From Candidatus Eiseniibacteriota bacterium (GTDB taxonomy: Bacteria > Eisenbacteria > RBG-16-71-46 > CAIMUX01 > WJJG01), in assembly GCA_030628905.1 (NCBI GenBank), contig DAOVQB010000001.1:41375-105374 (forward strand): a stretch of DNA of 64,000 nt, given 5' to 3'. The notes beneath the pieces were generated by a model, which was not told the DNA's origin, did not search any database, and saw only the letters and a list, made by a program, of their open reading frames with translations. A program made the position numbers and the translations under genes. Positions 8,368-18,501 of the stretch are shown here, piece after piece. Numbering within the stretch: position 1 is the first letter of the stretch; the number at the start of each line of letters is the position of its first letter.

Positions 8368-9531
8368 ATGCAGGAGCGCGGGCTAGCAGTAGTGATCTTG
8401 GGAGCGGAGCACGGGGCAAAGAAAGTGGTCCCCCTGCAGCAGTTACAGCATCCAGTGAATAGGGAGACGGCTCTGCTGCGTATGCTACGCGTGGCGCGGG
8501 ATTTATCACCCGCGCGCATTCTGGTCGTCCTGAAGGATCGAGAGGATGAAACCCGGGAGGCATTGAAGGGGGAGCAATATGAGATCCTTCTTCAGCGAGA
8601 GCAGTGTGAGCTGGGGGACACCCTCCTCTGGGTTGAGGATGCGCTGCAGGGTTTCACGGGCGATCTGTTAGTTCTTAGCAGCAGTGTTTGCCTGCTTCGG
8701 CCTGAGACTCTCCAGGTGCTGATTGAGATGCATGTTGCTGAAGAGAACGCCGGAACGATCCTAACCACCAGGCTGGATGATCCCACCGGTTACGACCGCA
8801 TCGTGCGCGATGAGAAGGGGCGCGTGAACGCGGTCCGGGAGGAAGCGGATCTAAGGCCTGAAGAGGAGCGGATTACTGAAATCAGCTCAGGGGTTGTGGC
8901 TTTCCAGTGCCGGGCTCTGTTTGAAGCGATCCGCCAGATCGAGCCAGACGACAAGCGGCCGCTGCGGTCCCTCGCCGACGCGGTTGGGATGATGCGCTGC
9001 GGTGGCGGTGGGATCGGCACAGTCGCTCTGAGTGATCCCTGGAAGATCCTGACTGGGAACGTGCCCGACTTGCTACTAGGTGCCAACGGCGTTCATGCCA
9101 TGCGCCAGCATGATGAGGGCGCTGGGCCCGTGGGGTGTAGGAGGTGCCATGGTGCATTCGAGATCAGTGCAGAGACAGGCTTGCTTGTAACCGGTGAGCA
9201 TGCTTGTCTTGGTGTGGAGTCCCCAGAATTCAACAACGGACAGCTCGTGGTTTTCCCTCGGCGGCACATTACAAGCCTCCTCTCTCTGAGTGGCGACGAG
9301 ATTTTGGACGTGAGCCGATTGGTGATCTTGGGAGAGGAGACCTTGCGGAAGATCTATCGCTTCGATGCTCTGAATATTGGCTTCACTTCCGGGGATGGCG
9401 AACATCTGGCGATCCAGGTCATCCCGCGCTGGGTGGGAGACCTCAACTTCCTGCCGCTCGTATCCGGGCTGAAGATCGCACCTGAGTCCCCCGCGCGGGC
9501 TTGGGCGCGTTTCCGCGAGGTGATGTCATGA
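8368..9531 (+). CDS. Two-domain protein: a GlmU-like sugar-phosphate nucleotidyltransferase domain fused to a HIT/GalT/Apa2-like C-terminal domain
   Basis: The N-terminal half aligns to the GlmU/NTP_transferase pattern ('DPTGYDRIVRDEKGRVNAVREEADLRPEEERITEISSGVVAF'). The C-terminal half 'QLVVFPRRHITSLLSLSGDEILDV...NIGFTSGDGEHLAIQVIPRWVGDLNFLP' resembles the HIT-superfamily nucleotidyl-transfer core, but the HxHxQ motif reads 'HLAIQ', so it is degenerate. Confidence 0.55.
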   Translation: MQERGLAVVILGAEHGAKKVVPLQQLQHPVNRETALLRMLRVARDLSPARILVVLKDREDETREALKGEQYEILLQREQCELGDTLLWVEDALQGFTGDLLVLSSSVCLLRPETLQVLIEMHVAEENAGTILTTRLDDPTGYDRIVRDEKGRVNAVREEADLRPEEERITEISSGVVAFQCRALFEAIRQIEPDDKRPLRSLADAVGMMRCGGGGIGTVALSDPWKILTGNVPDLLLGANGVHAMRQHDEGAGPVGCRRCHGAFEISAETGLLVTGEHACLGVESPEFNNGQLVVFPRRHITSLLSLSGDEILDVSRLVILGEETLRKIYRFDALNIGFTSGDGEHLAIQVIPRWVGDLNFLPLVSGLKIAPESPARAWARFREVMS

Positions 9532-10172
9532 AGAGGACTGCCAGCAGGCGACCAGCGCGGTCTGGGGCGTATCGCAGGACCCCACGGCGGAGTAGCAGGA
9601 ACCAGAAGAGGAACCCCCCCGGGCTCTTGGGACGCATTGTACGCTGGGCGGTAGGCTCCATTCTCGTAATCATCCTGCTTCTTTTCTTGGCCTCGGTTTT
9701 CGGGTTCCTGGATTACCCCAGAACGGTAGAGCATGGGCCCGGAACCATGGTCTTCATCTCATCTTCATTGCCCCTCGGGGGAGCGGATTGCCCGGATCGG
9801 TCGGACATCGCACAAGGATGCCTCCCATCGGTCGAGATGATCGATGCGAAACACAAGCCGATCCGTGTACACCTGGCCAACGGCTGTGGCGTCAATCGCC
9901 TGGCCGCTTCGATGCGCGCACCATTGCAGCGGGCTGGCTTTGATGTCTGTGGCCTGGGAGATGCGGACCGGTTCGACTATTGCGAAACTCTAATTGTTGA
10001 CCGCGCGGGTGGAGGAGAAGAGGCCCGCGCGGTTTGTGCCTACTTCCAAGAGCGCTGGCATGTGGGCCGTGTTCTCCTGCAGGCCAGGCTTACCCCCGAG
10101 GCCGACGTCCTGATTGTTCTGGGTCGCGACCTAGCGGACCTCGTGGAATCCGGTAATTCCCCGTCACGATAG
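9528..10172 (+). CDS. LytR_C (LytR cell-envelope-related C-terminal) domain protein with an N-terminal transmembrane anchor
   Basis: A basic N-terminus is followed by a TM helix 'AVGSILVIILLLFLASVFGF'. The C-terminus 'RVHLANGCGVNRLAASMRAPLQRAGFDVCGLGDADRFDYCETLIV' is the LytR_C-like pattern. The start overlaps the previous stop. Confidence 0.55.
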   Translation: MKRTASRRPARSGAYRRTPRRSSRNQKRNPPGLLGRIVRWAVGSILVIILLLFLASVFGFLDYPRTVEHGPGTMVFISSSLPLGGADCPDRSDIAQGCLPSVEMIDAKHKPIRVHLANGCGVNRLAASMRAPLQRAGFDVCGLGDADRFDYCETLIVDRAGGGEEARAVCAYFQERWHVGRVLLQARLTPEADVLIVLGRDLADLVESGNSPSR

Positions 10173-10248
10173 CAGCCGCACCAAGTGTATCGTATGGGAC
10201 GCTCAAGGGCGGAATATCCTATGCGCTGGGAGTACATAGCGAGTAAAC

Positions 10249-10746
10249 TTGTTTGTGTACCCGCCTGCCGGATTCGGAGGAAATACAATGCTAGATCCAT
10301 CAACAAGATCCGGAAATAACCGCACAGCAAGGATCATAAACCATGAGTGGATTCCCGCACTGCTCAGCCTTTTCGTAGCGATTTCTATCGCCGGTCAGGT
10401 TCGCGGCGAGGTTATCAGCATCGATGAGAACCCTTGGCCGGGCGGCATTTCCGTGCGGGCGCAAGGCAGCGATGGCGTAGAGATTTCCTATGAGATGACC
10501 TCCTTTTCCATCGAACCCGTAATGATCAATGGTGCATCGATGCAGATCATCTCCATTCCAGGTATTGTCCTGCCGAGTGATGCCGGGGCTCCAAACCTAC
10601 CGACCCTGGGGCTCTTGCGTCCGGGCAGTACACAAGAGAGTGGGATGGCACGGATGATGGGGAAAAAAGTAGCAGGGGGCATCTATTACTGTCGACTAAG
10701 GCGGGGAGCAGAGCAAGGAAGGGGGATGGTCCTTATACTGCGATAG
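10249..10746 (+). pseudogene. Remnant or chimeric gene: a C25-type N-terminal propeptide-like segment joined directly to a C-terminal sorting domain
   Basis: It has a signal-like N-terminus. A block 'ISIDENPWPGGISVRAQGSDGVEISYEMTSFSIEPVMINGASMQIISIPGIVLPSDAGAPNLPTL' parallels the N-terminal region of the 1701-aa C25 protein at 31258-36363. The end 'GGIYYCRLRRGAEQGRGMVLILR' matches the CTD shared by four other genes. No catalytic domain lies between them. Confidence 0.4.
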
Positions 10747-10798
10747 GGATGCACCTGAGCTAGCGGCCCGAATCGTATCCGGAGAAAGGCATGGCTGC

Positions 10799-12646
10799 AT
10801 GAGATGCGGCATAATGACCGTCAAGATCCTGGCTACGTTACTTGTTATGACGGGTGCCTCCAGTGGATTTCCAGCGCCGTCAGGGACCGAGCTGGATTTA
10901 ATGGGACAGGGCACGGGGCTGGGACACGCGCGAAATGGGACGGATCCTTTGGCGGTACGTATTCGCAGTAGGGTTGTTGACCTCGTTCCTATAATAGTCC
11001 CCGGGGACCTGGACGTGATCGCGCTTCACCCAGGGGAGTGGCTGGATGTCTGGATGCCGAGAGAAAGGATCCCTGAAATCGAGGCGCTGGGCTATAAGAT
11101 AGAGATCCTTCCGGCGCTTCCGCGAAGCGTTCCAGAATACTTTCATCGCTATGAAGAGCTGCTCTCGCTTCTTGAGGCTTACTGCGTGAGTTATCCGGAC
11201 ATCACGTACCTGGAGGACATAGGGGACGGGTGGGGGATGATTTACAATGATCCGGATTATCCTTCCTACGACATTTGGGCCTTGAAGATCTCAGACAATG
11301 CGGATTTCGATGAGGCCGAGCCGGTGATTCTCTACACGGGTGTTCATCACGCGCGAGAGCCGGCCACATTGGAGGTTTGCCTGGGAATCGCCGACCATCT
11401 GCTGACCCGCTATGGAACGGATCCTGAAGTGACAAGCTGGGTTGACGAACATGAAACCTGGATCGTGCCCCTGGTTAATCCAGATGGTCACTGGTGCTGC
11501 ACAGACATGGAATGGATGAGTTGGCGCAAGAATGTCCGTGACAACGATGGCAATGGATACCCATCGGTACCCTTCGGGAGCGAGAACCATTGGTGGTACC
11601 CGGATGGTGTCGATCTGAACCGCAACTACGCCTGGCAATGGGGGGGGACCGGTGCCAGCCACGATCCGCTTGAGGTAACTTACTGCGGCCCGTTTGCCTT
11701 CTCTGAGCCTGAAACCCAGGCGATGCGGGAGCTCTACTATGCCGAACTGCCCGTCTTCACGGTTGATTACCACTCCTACGCCGAGGCTGTGTTGTGGCCC
11801 TATGGCTATGAGAGCTGCGTGAACGCTCCGGATGATGGGACGTTGGAGGAAATCGGTACGGGGATCGCCAGTCTGATTCCCCGTTGGGGCGGCAGCGGAA
11901 CGTATGCATCGATGCGCAGCGGCGCGTTCTATCCAGCAGCGGGCACCTCGAGCGATTGGGAGTATGGGGAGTTGAACGTTTTCGCCTACACAATAGAGAC
12001 GTGTACGTGCCTGTACCCCGGAGAAGAGGAGCTGAATCACGCGATCCAAGGAAATGTCGCTGGCGCACTCTTTTTGCAGGAACGTGTAGACGGTCCTGGC
12101 CTGCGCGGCATCATCAGGGTAGAGGGGTTGCCCGCGCAGGGCACGATCACCATTGTCGGGATAGACAATCCGCCCATGAATATGCCGCGCCGCTCGCACT
12201 CGATCCTCGGGGACTACTACAGGATTCTGTCCCCAGGGACCTATGATATCCGCTATACAGTCCCCGGATGGGAGCCGATCCTATGCGAGGATGTAGTTGT
12301 ACCAGAGACAAGCTATGTCACCCTCGACGTGGATTTCGGTAGCTCGGGCATCGTACGGCGAGGCGGCACAGTGGTGGCTGGCATATCAGTCTCTCCGTGC
12401 CCGGTGCTGTGTGGCAGTGCCGCTACCTTCCGCTGGCCGGCGGGCCTCGATAGATGCCTGCTCCAAGTCATTGACACACAGGGGCGTGTGATAGCTGATC
12501 TGAGCCAGGAGACGCATGGCCGGGGGGCAGTCAGTTGGATTCCTCGGCGTGCTTCAGGCCTTCAGGTGAATGCGGGGATCTATTGCGCGCGTCTGAGAAC
12601 AGATGGTTTGCAAGCCACCTGCCGATTCGTAGTTCTGGGACGCTAA
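10799..12646 (+). CDS. Secreted zinc carboxypeptidase (M14 family) with a C-terminal sorting domain
   Basis: The Zn-binding motif 'HHARE' is present, along with '...LVNPDGHW...'. A signal peptide is present. The CTD is 'GIYCARLRTDGLQATCRFVVLGR'. Confidence 0.8.
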   Translation: MRCGIMTVKILATLLVMTGASSGFPAPSGTELDLMGQGTGLGHARNGTDPLAVRIRSRVVDLVPIIVPGDLDVIALHPGEWLDVWMPRERIPEIEALGYKIEILPALPRSVPEYFHRYEELLSLLEAYCVSYPDITYLEDIGDGWGMIYNDPDYPSYDIWALKISDNADFDEAEPVILYTGVHHAREPATLEVCLGIADHLLTRYGTDPEVTSWVDEHETWIVPLVNPDGHWCCTDMEWMSWRKNVRDNDGNGYPSVPFGSENHWWYPDGVDLNRNYAWQWGGTGASHDPLEVTYCGPFAFSEPETQAMRELYYAELPVFTVDYHSYAEAVLWPYGYESCVNAPDDGTLEEIGTGIASLIPRWGGSGTYASMRSGAFYPAAGTSSDWEYGELNVFAYTIETCTCLYPGEEELNHAIQGNVAGALFLQERVDGPGLRGIIRVEGLPAQGTITIVGIDNPPMNMPRRSHSILGDYYRILSPGTYDIRYTVPGWEPILCEDVVVPETSYVTLDVDFGSSGIVRRGGTVVAGISVSPCPVLCGSAATFRWPAGLDRCLLQVIDTQGRVIADLSQETHGRGAVSWIPRRASGLQVNAGIYCARLRTDGLQATCRFVVLGR

Positions 12647-12671
12647 GCGGGGGGGCGCCAGCGTGAACGTT

Positions 12672-13109
12672 TCACCGAATCGAGCCGCAGCAAGTGTATA
12701 TCCTCCACCAATCAGGCTCTTCGGGATTTCCTGTGGCTGAAGAGACCGCACATCCGAAAATGCGTACGGTTGCATCGTTGCAATCGAAGAATCCCTTTTT
12801 GTAAAGCAGCATTATGGCGTCATCGGTCGCCTCGTACAATGTGAGTAGCCGGCTTTCTGCTTTGTGCAGAGCCGTTTCCGCGCGCTCGACAGCAGCAACA
12901 TCCACGAAGCATTCGAGCAGACAGTCGCGTCCTTTCAGAGTTATTGGAAGCACCGACTTGAGGATGGAGATTTTATTCCCTAAAGAGCGCTCCGAAGACC
13001 TTACGCAAGAGAGAGGAACCCGTATGGTGAGGGGAATGAGATCGGCGCTAACTTCATTATGCTTGGCCCGGGGAGACATATGCTTGGCCCGGGGAGACAT
13101 GGTTCCCAA
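12672..13109 (-). pseudogene. PAS-domain fragment, probably a remnant of a sensor kinase, with a 21-bp tandem duplication near its 5' end
   Basis: The translation 'ERAETALHKAESRLLTLYEATDDAIMLLYKKGFFDCNDATVRIFG' is PAS-like. No kinase domain follows. The duplication is 'atgcttggcccggggagacat' x2 at 13059-13100. Confidence 0.3.
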
Positions 13110-13287
13110 AGAGGCTCAGTTCTTATTCCACGCCGACATGGCCTGCATCAGGTGGGCGGCCCTGCGTTGCGCTTCCGCGGTGGAGAGGTTGCCCTGCCAG
13201 TGAATCATCCACCCTGCAATCAGGCGGTGCACTTCACGTCAACTACCCCGCCATGCGCGCGGGTGAGGTACGCGGCGTGCATGGCCG

Positions 13288-14109
13288 CTAGCCCTGTGGC
13301 GTACATGCGGAGCGCATGGGGGGGGTGCCGGGGCCTCCCTGCGTCTCCAGCCTCAGCGAGAGCTGCTCCTCAAGGCTCGAGAGCAGGTGGAGGCAAAGCG
13401 CGACCTGAAACTCGGCTGTGGCCTGCGGGAAGTCCACCGGTTTCCAGGCCGCAGGAGGATCATCACGTTGGAGCGGATTGAAGCCACGGGACTCAAGCAA
13501 TCCGGCCACTATCAGCTCAGCATATAGCTGCGCGGTTTGGTGATGGGAGACCCCAAAGAGTTCCCGATCTCGTGCTGCTTTGAGAAGCGCGCGCCATTTC
13601 TCTGCACGTGCGCCCAAGGCAATCGCGAGCTGAGAGCTTGGAGCGGCCTTGGTTGCCTCGGCAAGTTCTTGCACAGTGAAGAACTCGGCGAAGCCCTCGG
13701 CGCGTTCAAGGCTGCCCATCGTTTGCCGGCATGTCTCCTCGTCGCTGACCAGGATCACCCACCGCCGCGGGTGCCGGCGGGTCTCTTGCAGAAACGTCTG
13801 AGCGAGTGCGGGAGCGTTTGAGGCAGTACGATCGAGTAGTCGGTGGGCGGGAAAACCGCACTGGCCGACCAGGTACTGCCGCGCCAAGTCATCTGTGGGA
13901 AGGAGCAGGTCACAGTCATTTCGCGCACCTGTTGCGATCGCCTCAGGCCATCCGGGCGGCTGCCGGCGCTCAGCCAGCCGCCGGATGCAAATGGCGCTCA
14001 GGCGAACTCGCCAGCCGGGGATTGACAGGAAATCCAGTCCCAGTGACCGGCGGTGGGTCGTCTCCCGGAGACCCACACCTAGACAAAGTGGAGTATCGCG
14101 TCTGATCAT
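13288..14109 (-). CDS. Hypothetical protein with no recognisable family
   Basis: The call rests on a long ORF on the same strand just downstream of recQ. The composition is Arg/Leu-rich and no motif was recognised. Confidence 0.35.
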   Translation of the reverse strand: MIRRDTPLCLGVGLRETTHRRSLGLDFLSIPGWRVRLSAICIRRLAERRQPPGWPEAIATGARNDCDLLLPTDDLARQYLVGQCGFPAHRLLDRTASNAPALAQTFLQETRRHPRRWVILVSDEETCRQTMGSLERAEGFAEFFTVQELAEATKAAPSSQLAIALGARAEKWRALLKAARDRELFGVSHHQTAQLYAELIVAGLLESRGFNPLQRDDPPAAWKPVDFPQATAEFQVALCLHLLSSLEEQLSLRLETQGGPGTPPMRSACTPQG

Positions 14110-14140
14110 CTCGGATGCCAGTTGACTGTGCTCCGCGGCA

Positions 14141-16270
14141 TCAGGAGGTCACCGGCTCTCCTCCTACGACGTCGGATTGCGCAGGGGAACTCCCGCAATG
14201 GTCCGCGATTGCTTTCAGGAACAGCTCGCCGTACTCGGCTTGCTTCTTGTTTCCCACGCCGTGAACTTGCAGGAAGCCTGCGGGTGTCGAGGGACGGCGG
14301 CGAGCCATATCGCGCAGGGCGGCGTCACTGAATACCACGAACGGCGGAACGCCTTTCTGGCGGGCAAGCCGGAGGCGCAGATTGCGCAGTTCCTGAAACA
14401 GCTCGGAGTCGACATCGTCCCAGGAATCAACAGCAACCTGGGGCTTTCTTTTGTGCTTCTCGGCCGGCTTGAGGAGTCGTGGTTCCTCCTGACCGCGGAT
14501 CACACGCCAACCCTTGGGTGTGACTCTAAGGATGTTGTACTCGCCGTACTTGCGGAGGCATTCCTGGCTGATGAGTTGGTCGATCCAGTCGCGTAGTGTG
14601 CCGTAGCGATACTGTGCTAGCAAGCCATACGTACTAAGGCGATCGTGGTTGTTTTGCAGAATGCGTTTATCTGTTGATCCGGCCACGACCTTCGCCGTGT
14701 AATCGCTGCCAAAACGCTCCTTGAGGCGCAAGACGCAGGACAGGATTTTCTGGGCCGGGACGAGGGAATCATCGACCAGATCGAGATCTCCGAGGCAGAA
14801 GTCGCATGCATCGCACCGCTCCTTGGCCAACTCCTGCCCGAAGTAGTGCAGGATGGTCTTGTGCCTACAGGATACACCCGTACAGTAAGCCAGCATATCA
14901 TGAGCTTTGGCCAGTGCCACCGAGACGGCCTCCTCGGCGGTCTCGCTAGGTCTCTGGGGGGCACCTGCGGTTGTGGCCTCCGCGGATCGGCCGGCGCTTG
15001 CCAGGGGCTCCATGGTCGCTGCCTCCGCAGACCCACTGGCCTTTGCAGAGGCCGTGGCGGTTGCCCCCTCCGTAGGCTTACCCAGGATGCGTTGCCAGAT
15101 GGTGTAGTCCTGGAGTGAGTAGAAAAGGCAGCACTCGGCTTCCAGCCCATCGCGCCCCGCACGACCGCTCTCCTGCTGGTAGTGTTCCAGGGATTTGGGC
15201 ATGCCGGCGTGAATTACGTAGCGCACGTTGGACTTGTCGATCCCCATGCCGAACGCGACAGTGGCAACGATAATGTCGCTTTCTTCGCGGATGAAGGCCT
15301 CCTGGCTGTTCTTGCGCTCGACGGCCTCCATGCCGGCATGATAGGGAAGGCTGCGGTAGCCAAGCTGGCTCAGCTGCCCGCTGAGGAGTTCCACATCCTT
15401 CCTGGTAATGCAATAAATAATGCCTGATTCACCTCGGTGCCGGTCGATAACCTCGCGAAGCTGCTGAATTTTACTGCGGCCGGCATGGCGGCGGGCAACA
15501 CGATAGATCAGATTCGGACGGTCAAAGGAACCCACCAGAACCTCGGGCGAGTCAAGACCCAATTGACGGACGATGTCCGTGCGGACATGTTCCGTAGCTG
15601 TTGCCGTGTAACAGTGGACTGCCTTGCCAGGAAACACTTCCTTCAGGATGCGCAGCTCTCGATATTCGGGGCGGAAATCATGTCCCCACATACTGATGCA
15701 GTGCGCTTCGTCGACCGCGACAAAGGAGAGGTCGGTATTGCGCAGAAAGCCGATGAAGGCGTCTTGGACCAAGCGTTCCGGGGCAACGTAGAGTATTTTC
15801 AACCGGCCGGCGCGCGCTGTGGACATAATCGCGCGGCGTTCTTCAGGGGGGAGGCTGCTATTGAGACAAGCCGCTGCGACACCACACTGAACCAGAGCGT
15901 CCACCTGATCTTTCATCAGCGAGATGAGGGGCGAGACGACGACGGCCATGCCCGGCATCGCCAAGGCGGGAACCTGAAAGCACAGCGATTTGCCTCCACC
16001 CGTGGGCAGAACTACCAGCGAGTCGCGCTTGCGGAGAATGCTGGCCATGGCCTCCCGCTGAAGGGGCAGGAAAGCGCCATAGCCCCAGTAGGCTTTCATG
16101 ACGGCGAGCAGATCCGTCAAGTCACGTTCCTCTGCAATGAAATCGTGGTCTGGTTCCGCGGCAATGAAAACGTGCCCGTGTAACAGGCAGCGGGCGCGGT
16201 CCGTGACGACGATCCAAGATGGAGCACCTGACTCTAGAAGTCCTCCTCTGACTAGCCATAGACGTGCCAA
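14141..16270 (-). CDS. recQ: ATP-dependent DNA helicase RecQ. The true start is possibly the internal Met at ~16099.
   Basis: The helicase motifs 'YWGYGAFLPLQREAM', 'LVVLPTGGGKSLCFQVPA', 'DEAHCISMWGHDFRPEY' are present. The Zn-binding Cys cluster 'CRHKTILHYFGQ...CDACDFC' is present. The C-terminus is an HRDC domain. A low-complexity Ala/Ser/Thr-rich insert lies between the RecQ-Ct and HRDC regions. Confidence 0.9.
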   Translation of the reverse strand: MARLWLVRGGLLESGAPSWIVVTDRARCLLHGHVFIAAEPDHDFIAEERDLTDLLAVMKAYWGYGAFLPLQREAMASILRKRDSLVVLPTGGGKSLCFQVPALAMPGMAVVVSPLISLMKDQVDALVQCGVAAACLNSSLPPEERRAIMSTARAGRLKILYVAPERLVQDAFIGFLRNTDLSFVAVDEAHCISMWGHDFRPEYRELRILKEVFPGKAVHCYTATATEHVRTDIVRQLGLDSPEVLVGSFDRPNLIYRVARRHAGRSKIQQLREVIDRHRGESGIIYCITRKDVELLSGQLSQLGYRSLPYHAGMEAVERKNSQEAFIREESDIIVATVAFGMGIDKSNVRYVIHAGMPKSLEHYQQESGRAGRDGLEAECCLFYSLQDYTIWQRILGKPTEGATATASAKASGSAEAATMEPLASAGRSAEATTAGAPQRPSETAEEAVSVALAKAHDMLAYCTGVSCRHKTILHYFGQELAKERCDACDFCLGDLDLVDDSLVPAQKILSCVLRLKERFGSDYTAKVVAGSTDKRILQNNHDRLSTYGLLAQYRYGTLRDWIDQLISQECLRKYGEYNILRVTPKGWRVIRGQEEPRLLKPAEKHKRKPQVAVDSWDDVDSELFQELRNLRLRLARQKGVPPFVVFSDAALRDMARRRPSTPAGFLQVHGVGNKKQAEYGELFLKAIADHCGSSPAQSDVVGGEPVTS

Positions 16271-16317
16271 TCCAGCTCCGAGAGGAAGAAGACACGCCTG
16301 AACGCATTGTCACCATA

Positions 16318-18162
16318 CTATCGTAGTAGAATCATCCGGGTAGACTCAACCAATCCGCCATTGATCTTGATCCGGCAGAAGTAGGCCCCGGCGGGGAGCG
16401 CAGCACCGTTCTCGGAGCGGCCATCCCACTGGACTACATGATTGCCGGCAGCCTGCAGTCCGACAAGGAGCAAGCGTAGCAAGCGGCCCTGCAGGTCACA
16501 GATTGCAACTTCCACTTGCGCCTGCTCTGCCAGACGGAAATGTATCGCCGCTCCACGGGACCCCTCCGCGCACGGGTTTGGGACGCATCTCAAGAATCCT
16601 GCATTCTGCACTGCGAACAGATCCTCATCTGCAAGACCTCCGGACTCCACATACTCATCCGCGCCCATATCGGGAGTGACCGGATCCCGGAGATCGTAGT
16701 CTATGTCGGTTGTGATCCCCACGAGCGGGGTTCCTGCTTCGATGCATGCGCTACCGGATTCCAGGTGAAGATCCTCCATATTCAAGCCCGGATCCCCAGA
16801 AAGCGAATGCTCATCTCGTGGCGCATATCCAGGGGCAGCCAGCAAGTCAGCAAGTGTATTGTAGAGCTCAGTGCCGATCATGGCCACAAAGCGGTTATCC
16901 AAAGGCTCCTCGGAATTGACACTCAGGAAATTGTAATCGCTTTCGGCGAATGCATCGGCAGCGTTGATCCTCAAGGCGTAGTGCCCGTCATCAGGATCAC
17001 CACCAGTTCTCTCATTGAGGATGATGTTGTTCTTGAGTTCATGATCGGTGAGTTCCCGTGAAGATCTCAAGCAGTAAGACTTTGTTCCCCTCGTATCAAC
17101 TCCTCCCATGTAAAGCGTATTGTAGAGGAAACGGTTGTTTGTGCCGTCACCTGAAGATATGTTAAGGCAAACGCTGCTGTTAGCTGATATTCCAGGAAAC
17201 AGATAAACGATGTTGTCGTAAACAACATTGCCATCGGAATTCCCGTACAAGTAAATCCCTTTTGAGCCGGACAATTCACTGTGCCTAAGATCGTGGATGT
17301 AATTGTGGTGGATATTAGTGCCGCTGTTAGTTCCGCCGACACTTATGCCATAAACTGAACTGCGAGCCATCTCGAAGGTTTGATAGATCTGATTTCCCTC
17401 TATGTCACAATCAACAACATTCGCATCGAGCTTGATCCCCATCTTCTGCCAGTCCCGGATGGTGTTGCCCGCGATGCGGAAATCGCGAAGTTCCATGCCG
17501 GTGTCGCAGTCGAGGAAAACACCGAAGGTGGAGCCTCCAACGATTTCGCAGTTAGAGAGAATGAAGCTATCCATTCCGAGGGATGGCTGGGGTACTTGAT
17601 AAGTGGAGCAATAGACAGGGGTGGACCAACCACTATCGTAGGGTGGCTCGCTGATGCTGTGGATGATTAGATTGTCTAGGCTGCAGTTATCAGAACCGTT
17701 TGATAGCCAGAAGACGAATACATCATCATCGGCGTTGCGATAGCCGCTGACGGTCATGTTCCTGGTATCCTGAACGGATTCATGGGGGCTGCCATTGAAG
17801 GTGATATGGTCAGAATTGTGGATACGGAAGGCAGAACTGAACTCGCCGGTGATGGTTACGTTGATTGCTACGATAGCATCAACATCGGGGCGAAATACCA
17901 CTGGACTCTCCGAGGTGGCATCAACATCAGAAATGATCAGATTGTCGTTCTCTTCGTAGACGCCATCTCGAATCAGAAAGGTAACGCCGCCATCGCCAAC
18001 GCCCTGCGTGTTGAGGTCCGCGATCGCGTCTTCCAGGGTTGCGTAGTGGGGCGATACGCCGCCAATGTACTTGAGCCCTGTGAGTTGAGCCTCTGCATGG
18101 GGAGGCGCCAGAATGACACAGAAGAGTCCAGCCAACAGCAACGCAAGTCTCTGAATATTCAT
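16318..18162 (-). CDS. Secreted right-handed parallel beta-helix repeat protein with a C-terminal sorting domain
   Basis: A signal peptide 'MNIQRLALLLAGLFCVILAPPHAEA' is present. Repeated 'G.N.I.(H/D)N.I' beta-helix rungs occur, for example 'NIHHNYIHDL', 'GNVVYDNIVY'. The CTD is 'GAYFCRIKINGGLVESTRMILLR'. Confidence 0.7.
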   Translation of the reverse strand: MNIQRLALLLAGLFCVILAPPHAEAQLTGLKYIGGVSPHYATLEDAIADLNTQGVGDGGVTFLIRDGVYEENDNLIISDVDATSESPVVFRPDVDAIVAINVTITGEFSSAFRIHNSDHITFNGSPHESVQDTRNMTVSGYRNADDDVFVFWLSNGSDNCSLDNLIIHSISEPPYDSGWSTPVYCSTYQVPQPSLGMDSFILSNCEIVGGSTFGVFLDCDTGMELRDFRIAGNTIRDWQKMGIKLDANVVDCDIEGNQIYQTFEMARSSVYGISVGGTNSGTNIHHNYIHDLRHSELSGSKGIYLYGNSDGNVVYDNIVYLFPGISANSSVCLNISSGDGTNNRFLYNTLYMGGVDTRGTKSYCLRSSRELTDHELKNNIILNERTGGDPDDGHYALRINAADAFAESDYNFLSVNSEEPLDNRFVAMIGTELYNTLADLLAAPGYAPRDEHSLSGDPGLNMEDLHLESGSACIEAGTPLVGITTDIDYDLRDPVTPDMGADEYVESGGLADEDLFAVQNAGFLRCVPNPCAEGSRGAAIHFRLAEQAQVEVAICDLQGRLLRLLLVGLQAAGNHVVQWDGRSENGAALPAGAYFCRIKINGGLVESTRMILLR

Positions 18163-18501
18163 AGCTGCAATCCTTTCCGCCTAGGGCGTTTGATGTAGCT
18201 CAGTGCTGCAGGCTCCACGCTGGCCCAGTGAGGACCAGTAAGACCGCAACATAATTGTACTACAGGGGTAGGGGAGGAGTCCATGAGCTAGCAGAACAGA
18301 TTGTGGTCGCAAGATTTGATCTGTGGCTGAGGCATTTCTGGTCCGGGAGGGCCCCGCCTACTCGGGGAATTCCTGATGGACCAGGTTGCCATTGCGTTAG
18401 CTGCTCTCAAACAGCTGCCGGAACTCGTGCGTCGAGGAGCTGTGCCTGCCGAGGGTCAGGGAGCGCAAGATGCTTTGCTGTATGCCTCAATGGCATGCGG
18501 G

